Assembly (NCBI GenBank): GCA_032718475.1
Contig: JAUCBJ010003100.1
Span: 1-64,000, forward strand
Length of the DNA stretch: 64,000 nucleotides
From: Nemertoderma westbladi
Lineage: Eukaryota > Animalia > Xenacoelomorpha
Reading direction: 5' to 3'
Below the pieces are notes generated by a model, which was given only the letters and a program-made list of their open reading frames with translations, had not been told where the DNA came from and searched no databases. Numbering within the stretch: the stretch's first letter is position 1; each line of letters starts with the position of its first letter. Both the position numbers and the translations under genes were made by a program. Shown piece by piece: positions 48,935 through 60,700 of this stretch.

Positions 48935-48987
48935 AGTACTCTGCGTTGATACCACTGCTTTAAGCAGTGGTATCAACGCAGAGTACT
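48935..48987. other. Back-to-back SMART/PacBio ultra-low-input amplification adapters (technical artefact)
   Basis: AGTACTCTGCGTTGATACCACTGCTT-T-AAGCAGTGGTATCAACGCAGAGTACT. Confidence 0.97.
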
Positions 48988-49344
48988 ATATGAGGCGTTC
49001 CTGCCACCCATACCATTTCGGAGCCTTTCGGAATTGATAAAATTACACAAAATACATCACCCTTCAAAGACTTTGGTATAACCATCAAACCATAAACTAT
49101 GCGTTTTTGGTTTGTTGAATTCATTACTAGGAATCGAAAGCAAGATTAGAAGCAAAATTTTCATTTTTTTATCAATATATACTAAAAGAGCACCAAAAGT
49201 GCAAGTAGCACTTTTTTCATAGTAGTTTTCTATAGTAGGTCATGGACTAATTTATATAAACAGACAACACTTTATGAAATTGACTTTGTGGTAGCTAATT
49301 CAATTTGGACGCAACAGTCAAGGAGAACATATTACCGTAATATA

Positions 49345-50928
49345 AGGTCAATGGCAACCATATTGACCAATGTCCCGTACGTGATTTTTGAGATTTGTCG
49401 AATTTTGAAATTAACTTTGAGAATCAGTCATATTGATTGTTAGAAAGAGCGATAATTTCTGCATGTACCGGAATGGGCCCCAAAAATTTCTTGGCCGTTA
49501 TTGAGAGAAACGTTCCGGAATGCAAAAATTGAGAATAAATTTATGTCACGTATAGGAAATTTAGAAAAAAAATATTCTGGAAAATGGGAAGTAACAGTCG
49601 TTTAATGGTGGTATTGATGTATCGGGCAAGAGATGTCAGATCGAAGTGAAAGTTTTCTAATGAGAAAAAAATTAAAAATTATGTCGCTAAAAATAAATTT
49701 TTCATAGAGTGACAACACAAAGTTTCGCTTTCTGGGAAACTTTGCCTTGAAAAGTGGGGCTAATTGTTTTTTCCTGCTAATAACAATGTGATACACAAAA
49801 CTGTTCCATGTGGTCAACTGAAAATCGTTATTTATATCAAAAAATTAATTTGAAAATGTATAGACAGTTTTTTGATGTCATGTACGGGACATTTTGATAT
49901 GGTATGGGAAGGAATTTACATGGAAACAATTATTATAAATTTTGACATATATTTTCCAATTAAAAACAAATCATAAAATTCTTCTAACAACTCCTCCGAA
50001 CTAGAAATTAAACCCAGTTTATTGTCCTTCCCACTGTCAACTCCTGTTCCATTCCCAACAAATAGTTAATTTGGTAATAAATTAATTTGGTCTGTTGTTA
50101 ATTAAGGGGAAGGAGCAGGTTACAGTTTATCTGCAACTGGTAAGCCCCCCAACCATTATTTCAATGTAAGTAATTAATTGTTTAGACCATGATTAACTTC
50201 TGCCCCCAACACAATGTCAAATATAGGACAGGCCGTCACGTTATGGGGCATGGCAGTTTTTTCAACCTGGCCACATAAATTTTGACGTAGCAGTAGTAGT
50301 CTAACTGATACAACCCATACATGGCAAAACTATTAGAGAAATGGATGTGATGATCTAAATCTGCATCAGTTCGCTTGGACAAGCTCACGCAAATGATTCA
50401 TATACACTCATTAACCACCTACAATTGCCAATCTAACTGATTCATATGGAAGAATACGAGTGGAAGTGTTAACACATCGGGTTAATGGCTCACATTTGAC
50501 AATTTATTTGCCATTAAATTAATAATCATTTACCGAGTGTTACGTATGTGACAAAAAATCAAATCTCCAATTTACTACGAAGCTACGTTTATTTGTTTAC
50601 CGGAATAATACTCAGCAGGGATATTAATCGTTTAACAACTGAATTGTAATTGTAATGGCCAGAATGAGCCCGTAATCACATTAACAAAATTTAAAACTTC
50701 TCCGATTCGGACAAATTCCGTCCGATTTGGTCGAATTTTTTTTAAATTTGTTGTAGCTTTTTCTATAACAAACTGTGGTTGGAGTGTATCACAGCAGGAG
50801 GGGACCGATTATAGTGTATCTGGCGATCAAATTATCAAAGCCAACCGACCATTAATTCTCAAATGATTTACATTTTTGTATATTTTTAGTCCCGTACGTG
50901 ACTTGGTCAATATGGTTGGTATTGACCC
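49345..50928. mobile_element. Non-autonomous TIR DNA transposon, ~26-bp TIRs, apparent 3-bp TSD ATA
   Basis: AGGTCAATGGCAACCATATTGACCAA ... TTGGTCAATATGGTTGGTATTGACCC; repeated subterminal TCCCGTACGTGA-like motifs. Confidence 0.7.
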
Positions 50929-51855
50929 ATATGGTCAATCATGGAGAGAATCCACCATAATTATAGTCTAAATTAATATAATAAGCTTCAGCGAAACTAA
51001 GTGAATGCCGGACAAATATATTTTAAAATTAATTAATGTTGGTGAAACACATCATCATCAGAGACAGGGGGGAAACTGGACTCAAACCCATCTTGGGAAA
51101 TTAATATCCCGCCTCGATGTTAAATTCTCAATTTGGGGAAAGGAGCAGGTTACAGTGGCACGTTATTTTAACCAAAACAATAAACTAAACACAATAGAAC
51201 AGGTTACAGTTTCATTTTCGAGAGTAAGGAGCTATTAATTGCGTCCAATTTCCCCGGAGAGGGATACATTTTTATTGCGTCCAGTTCCCCCAGCACCTGC
51301 GCTAGGCTATTTGATTCTATTTAATAAATTCAACATATTTTTCTGGAACATATTGTTTATCCCATACGTAGCTTGGCAACAATGCAATATTTCTTTAATC
51401 ATACTATTACGTAGCTACTTATGCAATAACAAAATGTTCCAGAATAGGGGGTATTTATTTAATAGAATAAAACGGCCTCACACATAATTATGCAAAACCA
51501 TGCACGTTTTAAACACCTATATCTCAACCATGAAATTTTCATTGTGTTACATATTTGGAATCCTTGCACAGCCAGCATTTTAATAGTACCAACAAATCAC
51601 TGTAATAGTGAAGAATAACTGCGGTGTGAATTTTAAAATTTCGCAGGAGACACTTTTTTCAAACGCTTGTGGCTAAAGAATGAAAGCGAAAATAAAAATT
51701 CCGGATCAACCAGCAAGGAGGAGGGAGGTGGAACTCTCTATTTCAAATTTAATGAAATCTCATTAAGATTTGTAGAAAGATTTGGGGGGGGGGGGGGGCA
51801 GGTACCTGAATAATGACATTATATTCCAGGACATGGTGTACTACTGTAGACTAAG

Positions 51856-51930
51856 CAGCCGCTTGATTGGTCTAGTGGTAAGAAAATTGACTTTCTTTGG
51901 AGAGGCCGCAGTTTCGATCCCTCGACAATG
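51856..51930 (+). pseudogene. tRNA-derived fragment or SINE head
   Basis: A box TGGTCTAGTGG, B-box-like GTTTCGATCC; degenerate anticodon arm. Confidence 0.45.
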
Positions 51931-52044
51931 TAGCATTGTTTGGGCATGGGCTTGAAATGCTGCACACTAGCTCTACGCAGACTTCATCTTTCACTGGTCG
52001 ATGGGAACGACGGTAACTTAGAAAACAGAGTGGAAGGGTTTACT

Positions 52045-53930
52045 GTCCCTGCTGACAACCATCAAACTGTTCCGCCCCCAATCCCTGCTGACAACAACAA
52101 ATTGTTCCGCCCCCAATCCCTGCAGACAAAAACCAAACTGTTCCGCCCCCAATCCCTGCAGACAACCACCAAACTGTTCTACCCCCAAACCCGGGTGACA
52201 AAAACCAAACTGTTCCGCCCCCAATCCCTGCAGACAAAAACCAAACTGTTCTACCCCCAAACCCGGGTGACAAAAACCAAACTGTTCCGCCCCCAATCCC
52301 TGCAGACAAAAACCAAACTGTTCCGCCCCAATCCCTGCAGACAACCACCAAACTGTTCCGCCCCCAATCCCTGCAGACAACCACCAAACTGTTCTACCCC
52401 CAAACCCGGGTGACAAAAACCAAACTGTTCCGCCCCCAATCCCTGCAGACAAAAACCAAACTGTTCCGCCCCCAATCCCTGCAGACAACCACCAAACTGT
52501 TCCGCCCCCAATCCCTGCAGACAACCACCAAACTGTTCCGCCCCCAATCCCTGCAGACAACCACCAAACTGTTCCTCCCCCAATCCCTGCAGACAACAAC
52601 CAAACTGTTCTACCCCCAAACCCGGGTGACAAAAACCAAACTGTTCCGCCCCCAATCCCTGCAGACAAAAACCAAACTGTTCCGCCCCCAATCCCTGCAG
52701 ACAAAAACCAAACTGTTCCGCCCCCAATCCCTGCAGACAACCACCAAACTGTTCCGCCCCCAATCCCTGCAGACAACCACCAAACTGTTCCTCCCCCAAA
52801 CCCGGGTGACAAAAACCAAACTGTTCCGCCCCCAATCCCTGCAGACAAAAACCAAACTGTTCTGCCCCCAATCCCTGCAGCCAACAACCAAACTTCTCTA
52901 CCACCAATCCCTGTTGACAACTACCTATCTGTTCCGCCCTAATCCCTACTGACAAAAACCAAACTGTTCCGCACCAATCCCTGCAGCCAACAACCAAACT
53001 GTTCCGCCCCCAATCCCTGCAGACAACAACCAAATTGTTCCGCCCCCAATCCCTGCAGACAACAACCAAACTGTTCTACCCCCAAACCCGGGTGACAAAA
53101 ACCAAACTGTTCCGCCCCCCATTCCCTGCAGACAAAAACCAAACTGCTCCGCCCCCAATCCCTGCAGACAACAACCAAACTGTTCTACCCCCAAACCCGG
53201 GTGACAAAAACCAAACTGTTCCGCCCCGAATCCCTGCAGACAAAAACAAAACTGTTCCGCTCCCAATCCCTGCAGCCAACAACCAAACTGTTCTACCACC
53301 AATCCCTGTTGACAACTACCTATATGTTCCGCCCTAATCCATGCTGACAACAACCAAACTGTTCCGCCCCCAATCCCTACAGACAAAAACCAAACTGTTC
53401 CGCCCCAATCCCTGCAGACAAAAACAAAACTGTTCCTCCCCCAAACCCGGTGACAAAAACCAAACTGTTCCTCCCCCAAACCCGGGTGACAAAAACCAAA
53501 CTGTTCCGCCCCCAATCCCTGCAGACAACAACCAACCTGTTCCTCCCCCAATCCCTGCAGACAACAGCCAAACTGTTTCGCCTCAATTCCTGCAGACAAC
53601 AACCAAACTGTCATGCCCCAATCCCTGCAGACAACAACCAAACTCTTCCGCCCCAAACCCTGCAGACAACAACCAAACTGTTCCGTCCTCAATCCCTGCA
53701 GGGCAACCACCTAACGGTTCCGCCCTAATCCCTGCAGAAAACAACCAAACTGTTCCTCCCTAATCCCTGCAAAAAACAACCAAACTGTTCCGCACCAATC
53801 CCTGCAGACAACCACCAAACTGTTCCGGCCCCAATCCCTGGAAGACAATCACCAAACTCTTCCACCCCCAATTTCTGCAGGACAACCACCTAACTGTTCC
53901 TCACCAATCCCTGCAGTCAACAACCACCAC
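52045..53930. repeat. 36-bp C-rich minisatellite (CCCTGCAGACAACCACCAAACTGTTCCGCCCCCAAT), ~50 copies
   Basis: Tandem units, homogeneous on the left and diverged towards the right. Confidence 0.96.
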
Positions 53931-53974
53931 AAAATAATTCTACCCGAATATAATATAAAATAAATTAAATAACC

Positions 53975-55075
53975 GCATTCATTGGAACTAAACTCGCCCC
54001 ATTGGAATTAAACTCGCATTCATTGGAACTAAACTTGCCCCATTGGAATTAAACTCGCATTCATTGGAACTAAACTCGCATTCATTTGAACTAAATTCAT
54101 ATACATTGGAACCAAACTTGCCCCCATTGGAACTAAACTTGCATTCATTGGAACTAAACTCGCATTCATTAGAACTACACTTTCCCCCATTGGAACTAAA
54201 CTCGCATTCATTGGAACTAAACTCGCATTTATTGGAACTAAATTCGCATTCGTTGGAACCAAACTCGCATTCATTGGAACTAAACTCGGATTCATTGGAT
54301 CTAAACTCGCATTCATTGGAACTAAAGAACTAAACTCACATTCATTGGAACTAAACTTGCCCCCATTGAAACTAAACTCGCATTTATTGGAACTAAATTC
54401 GCATTCGTTGGAACCAAACTCGCATTCAATGGAACTAAACTCGGATTCATTGGATCTAAACTCGCATTCATCGGCACTAAACTCGCATTCATTGGAACTA
54501 AAGAACTAAACTCACATTCATTGGAACTAAACTCAGATCATTGGAACTAAACTCGGAATCATTGGAACTAAACTCGGATTCATTGGATCTAAGCTCGCAT
54601 TCATTGGAACTAAACTCGCATTCATTGGAACTAAACTCGCATTCATTGGAACTAAACTCGGAATCATTGGAACTAAACTCGGATTCATTGGATCTAAGCT
54701 CGCATTCATTGGAACTAAACTCGCATTCATTGGAACTAAACTCGCATTCATTGGAACTAAAGAACTAAACTCACATTCATTGGAACTAAACTCAGATCAT
54801 TGGATCTAAACTCGCATTCATTGGAACTAAACTCGCATTCATTGGAACTTATCCATTGGAACTAAACTCGGAATCATTGGATCTAAACTCGCATACATTG
54901 GAACTAAACTCGGAATCATTGGATCTAAACTCACATTCATTGGATTTAAACTCACATTCATTGGATTTAAACTCACATTCATTGCAACTAAACTTGCCCC
55001 CATTGGAACTAAACTCGCATTCATTGGAACTTATCTCGCATTCATTGGAACTAAACTCGGAATCATTGGAACTAC
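53975..55075. repeat. 21-bp minisatellite (CATTGGAACTAAACTCGCATT), ~50 copies
   Basis: Tandem units directly visible. Confidence 0.96.
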
Positions 55076-55808
55076 TGTAAACTCACATGCATTTATGCAT
55101 TGGAGCTAAATTAGTTTTTAATATAATTGGAACTAAGTTCGCATTTTAAAATTTATATTGGAAATTTATTTTTCGTTTCTTTTGGATGGAGGTACGTGTG
55201 CGATTGGAACTAAGTTGTTCTACCACCAAAACCAATGCAAACTGGCCTATTTCTGTTGAACGCCGAAAAATACAGATGAATAAAACCATTCCCATTTATA
55301 AGATATTCCAGCCAGCTCAAATTTATTCACATGAGACCCTTACTTATTACTCTAATAGTACCAGTATAAACTAAATACCAGAAATACTGAATAACGAATT
55401 AAGTTTCTATCTGATGTTACGGGCAGGTATAAATAACATCAATATTACCACAACGTGCATAAACGGCCGCCATTTATTAATCGCCACTAATTGAATGCCA
55501 CCCCAAATTAGATGATTTAACACCAAAATAAATTATTTTGCACCAAAAATATTTTTTTGTAGCATTGTAGAGATAATAATATATAATTATTGTTCAAGTT
55601 GCCCATATAATTTGACCACAGTACGTTCAGTAGCAAGTGAGAAGTCACCAATTTATGGTATCTATCTAATCCGAATAAACATAAGTGAGAATTCACAAAT
55701 TTATGGTATCTATCTAATCTGAATAAACATAAGTTAGAATTCACCAATTTATGGTAGCTTCTGAATAATACAAGTAGGTTAGGTCTAGTTTGTTTAATAA
55801 TAACGTAT

Positions 55809-56044
55809 TTATTCAGAGTAATCTGGTGGCTTTTCTACTTGGAGCTCTATTGGCTTCTCTCTCTGGGTCTGTTGAGGTGCAGGGGTGTACTGTTGGGGTG
55901 CAGGGGGCGGGGCGTATTGTTGGCTATACGGCTGTTGGGGGGGTGGATATTGCTGCGGTTGTCCTCCCATTCCCGGTATAACGAAATTCATCATGTTGTT
56001 GGTCGTCGGAGCCGCGGCAGCTGGGCCACCGCCACCGCCACCGC
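55809..56044 (-). CDS. Exon 2 of a Shisa/CYYR1-like membrane protein: Pro/Gln/Tyr-rich tail ending PPDYSE*
   Basis: TTTATTTCAG acceptor, phase 1 compatible with exon 1; PPxY motif. Confidence 0.75.
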
Positions 56045-56344
56045 CTGAAATAAAACAGATTATAATTGGTTTATAATTAATATAATTTGATTTCCTATTC
56101 CCTCTTCGAGTCTCCAGTAAACGCCCCCCCCCCCCCCCCACCCCTTCCCGGGAGGCGCCATCCCCATCAGCTCTCTGGAACTGAAGCTGACGAACTTGCA
56201 GTTCTGGATCTCGGTTGGCACTCATCTTGGGTGCCAGTCCGAGGCTGGTGTACCGATCCAACTCGGATCATTTTAATCGATGTACTGGTGACCGAGCCCG
56301 AGACTTGTGGCAACCGAGCCCCACAGCTGTGCCCGGTTTGACCA

Positions 56345-56470
56345 GCTGTGGTGTCCCCCACTACGCTGGATGGAGCCACTAGACTTGTGTAGAGGGGACG
56401 GACGGGAAGCGAGTGGATGGCGTCACCCTGGTCCCATGGAGCCGCGGGCGGTTCCTCACGTGGGATGCGT
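56345..56470 (+). pseudogene. Frameshifted RLE-endonuclease fragment of a second CRE-like element, intronic
   Basis: Reconstructs as [32 protein letters not shown], versus [32 protein letters not shown] at ~20580-20675. Confidence 0.7.
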
Positions 56471-56875
56471 AGTTATTATCTCACGTAGTTATTCTTTATA
56501 ATTAATTCAAAGATTTTTTAATTGAATTTAATTTGTTTATAAATGTTAAATTATATCTCAAAGATATAAATAGGTATAAATAGATATAAATACATATATA
56601 TAGGTAAATAGATATATATAGGTAAATTATAGCTCAATGATGAATTTGCAAAATCCATTTATAAAAATTATAATCGATTCGATAAAAACTTTAACAAAAT
56701 ACTCAGTAAATTTGATCCCAGATATTCTAATATTCTATCCGTTAGCCAGTTAGTCTAAGCTATTTCGAACCATTATTGAGCGCGTCTGCTGGTCTGATGC
56801 AATGGTTGCGTTCCTACCTGCAGCTGCGTACGTAATTGTACGCTTAAACAAGATCAGGTAACAAGGAATACTAAC

Positions 56876-57182
56876 TTTGAACTACTTGAACAGTTTGAGT
56901 GACTCCTCCTCTGCGTCCTGCCCAACAACAGCAACCACAGCAGAAGCAGCAGAGAATGCTAACGAGTATGATAAAGACTATCCCTCCCAAACCAAGGCCG
57001 AGCCCCATTGTCAACAAAGACGCTTGGGTTTCCGCCTGTTCATCAACGGCATCCCTTACTTCCGGTATATTCTGATATGCAAAGACTCCAATAGCTTCCT
57101 CCTTACTCCCGGCGGATACACAGGATATGCAGAAGTAAATGATACTAAATATTATATAACAATATATAGTATTCGCTCCCAT
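56876..57182 (-). CDS. Exon 1 of a small type-I membrane protein (signal peptide, TM helix, Cys-rich juxtamembrane segment), Shisa/CYYR1-like
   Basis: Hydrophobic N-terminus, TM GLGLGGIVFIILVSIL, CCFCCGCCC, GTTAGT donor at 56875. Confidence 0.75.
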
Positions 57183-57762
57183 TATTCTTGTTTGTTTAAC
57201 TTCAGATATAGTTATGTTTAGAATTTATTTGTAATACAATTGTGCAGTGAAAGAACTTTAATAAACAATGTAGGCAGGCCTCCTGTAATAATTGCATAAA
57301 ACCTATGGTTTGCCTTCATATAAACACTTCATTAACGTTCGGTTTGCATTCAGTAACTAAATTACATCATAAGAGATAAGCAGAAATATAATATTATTAA
57401 TGCATACCGGTGGTAAGCCTTCCTTAGAGAAACAAAGATGCCGCCGCCTCAATGCAATTTTAACGCAATTATCTATGATCTTTTATTATGAAAACTGAAT
57501 ATGGATAGCTTATCGTAAACCCTTTTGTTCAAAAAATATAGCACTTGTTGTGGAACTGGGCTTTTTCAAATTTTGTATACATTTAGAAGCGTTTATTTAT
57601 TTGTAAAGTACCTCATGAATAAGGATCAGTAATACTATACCACCTGCAAAGCTGCAAACACCAAGCTGGAAAGCTTTAGGGGTAATCCTAAATGTTATTT
57701 TGGACAATATACCTATATACATTGTTTTTATTTGTTATTGTTTTTACATTGTATAAATAAAT

Positions 57763-60700
57763 GTATCTTCTACCTGGGTTGAAGTTATCTGTCTAAGTGT
57801 TTGCCCAATGCATGGATCTACTGTACTGTAGATACGTAGGGTATCTTCTACCTGGGTTGAAGTTATCTGTCAAGTGTTTGCCCAATGGATGGACCTACTG
57901 TACTGTAGATACGTAGGTTATCTTCTACCTGGGTTGACGTTATCTGTCTAAGTGTTTGCCAAATGGATGGACCTACTGTACTGTAGATACGTAGGTTATC
58001 TTCTACCTGGGTTGAAGTTATCTGTCTAAGTGTTTGCCCAATGGATGGACCTACTGTACTGTAGATACGTAGGTTATCTTCTACCTGGGTTGAAGTTATC
58101 TGTCTAAGTGTTTGCACAATGGATGGACCTACTGTACTGTAGATACGTAGGTTATCTTCTACCTGGGTTGAAGTTATCTGTCTAAGTGTTTGCCCAATGG
58201 ATGGACCTACTGTACTGTAGATACGTAGGTTATCTTCTACCTGGGTTGAAGTTATCTGTCTAAGTGTTTGCCCAATGGATGGACCTACTGTACTGTAGAT
58301 ACGTAGGTTATCTTCTACCTGGGTTGAAGTTATCTGTCTAAGTGTTTGCCCAATGGATGGACCTACTGTACTGTAGATACGTAGGTTATCTTCTACCTGG
58401 GTTGAAGTTATCTGTCTAAGTGTTTGCCCAATGGATGGACCTACTGTACTGTAGATACGTAGGTTATCTTCTACCTGGGTTGAAGTTATCTGTCTAAGTG
58501 TTTGCACAATGGATGGACCTACTGTACTGTAGATACGTAGGTTATCTTCTACCTGGGTTGAAGTTATCTGTCAAGTGTTTGCACAATGGATGGACCTACT
58601 GTACTGTAGATACGTAGGGTATCGTCTACCCGGGTTGAAGTTATCTGTCTAAGTGTTTGCACAATGGATGGACCTACTGTACTGTAGATACGTAGGTTAT
58701 CTTCTACCTGGGTTGACGTTATCTGTCTAAGTGTTTGCCAAATGGATGGACCTACTGTACTGTAGATACGTAGGGTATCGTCTACCCGGGTTGAAGTTAT
58801 CTGTCTAAGTGTTTGCACAATGGATGGACCTACTGTACTGTAGATACGTAGGTTATCTTCTACCTGGGTTGAAGTTATCTGTCTAAGTGTTTGCCAAATG
58901 GATGGACCTACTGTACTGTAGATACGTAGGTTATCTTCTACCTGGGTTGACGTTATCTGTCTAAGTGTTTGCCAAATGGATGGACCTACTGTACTGTAGA
59001 TACGTAGGTTATCTTCTACCTGGGTTGAAGTTATCTGTCTAAGTGTTTGCACAATGGATGGACCTACTGTACTGTAGATACGTAGGTTATCTTCTACCTG
59101 GGTTGACGTTATCTGTCTAAGTGTTTGCCAAATGGATGGACCTACTGTACTGTAGATACGTAGGTTATCTTCTACCTGGGTTGAAGTTATCTGTCTAAGT
59201 GTTTGCCCAATGGATGGACCTACTGTACTGTAGATACGTAGGTTATCTTCTACCTGGGTTGAAGTTATCTGTCTAAGTGTTTGCACAATGGATGGACCTA
59301 CTGTACTGTAGATACGTAGGTTATCTTCTACCCGGGTTGAAGTTATCTGTCTAAGTGTTTTCACAATGGATGGACCTACTGTACTGTAGATACGTAGGTT
59401 ATCTTCTACCTGGGTTGAAGTTATCTGTTAAGTGTTTGCCCAATGGATGGACCTACTGTACTGTAGATACGTAGGTTATCTTCTACCTGGGTTGAAGTTA
59501 TCTGTCTAAGTGTTTGCCAAATGGATGGACCTACTGTACTGTAGATGCGTAGGGTATCTTCTACCTGGGTTGAAGTCATCTGTCTAAGTGTTTGCACAAT
59601 GGATGGACCTACTGTACTGTAGATACGTAGGTTATCTTCTACCTGGGTTGAAGTTATCTGTCTAAGTGTTTGCCAAATGGATGGACCTACTGTACTGTAG
59701 ATGCGTAGGGTATCTTCTACCTGGGTTGAAGTCATCTGTCTAAGTGTTTGCACAATGGACGGACCTACTGTACTGTAGATACGTAGGTTATCTTCTACCT
59801 GGGTTGAAGTTATCTGTCTAAGTGTTTGCACAATGGATGGACCTACTGTACGGTAGATACGTAGGTTATCTTCTACCTGGTTGAAGTTATCTGTCTAAGT
59901 GTTTGCACAATGGATGGACCTACTGTACTGTAGATACGTAGGTTATCTTCTACCCGGGTTGAAGTTATCTGTCTAAGTGTTTGCACAATGGATGGACCTA
60001 CTGTACTGTAGATACGTAGGTTATCTTCTACCTGGGTTGAAGTTATCTGTCTAAGTGTTTGCACAATGGATGGACCTACTGTACTGTAGATACGTAGGTT
60101 ATCTTCTACCCGGGTTGAAGTTATCTGTCTAAGTGTTTGCACAATGGATGGACCTACTGTACTGTAGATACGTAGGTTATCTTCTACCCGGGTTGAAGTT
60201 ATCTGTCTAAGTGTTTGCACAATGGATGGACCTACTTTACTGTAGATACGTAGGTTATCTTCTACCTGGGTTGAAGTTATCTGTCTAAGTGTTTGCACAA
60301 TGGATGGACCTACTGTACTGTAGATACGTAGGTTATCTTCTACCTGGGTTGAAGTTATCTGTCTATGTTTGCACAATGGATGGACCTACTGTACTGTAGA
60401 TACGTAGGTTATCTTCTACCTGGGTCGAAGTTATCTGTCTAAGTGTTTTCACAATGGATGGACCTACTGTACTGTAGATACGTAGGTTATCTTCTACCTG
60501 GGTTGACGTTATCTGTCTAAGTGTTTGCCAAATGGATGGACCTACTGTACTGTAGATACGTAGGTTATCGTCTACCTGGGTTGAAGTTATCTGTCTAAGT
60601 GTTTTCACAATGGATGGACCTACTGTACTGTAGATACGTAGGGTATCTTCTACCCGGGTCGAAGTTATCTGTCTAAGTGTTTGCACAATGGATGGACCAA

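Noticed and set aside
48935-48987. Biological palindrome or MITE
   Set aside because: Exact match to a synthetic library adapter.
51856-51930. Functional tRNA gene (also 16538-16603 and 46015-46165)
   Set aside because: Only A/B boxes are recognisable; acceptor and anticodon stems do not pair.
51940-55080. Repeat-protein ORFs in the 36-bp and 21-bp arrays
   Set aside because: Open in several frames on both strands with frequent frameshifts; no unique coding flanks or splice signals.
55809-56261. 150-aa ORF as one exon
   Set aside because: The 5' part runs through a retroelement remnant and an AT-rich intron; a good acceptor at 56045 defines the real exon.
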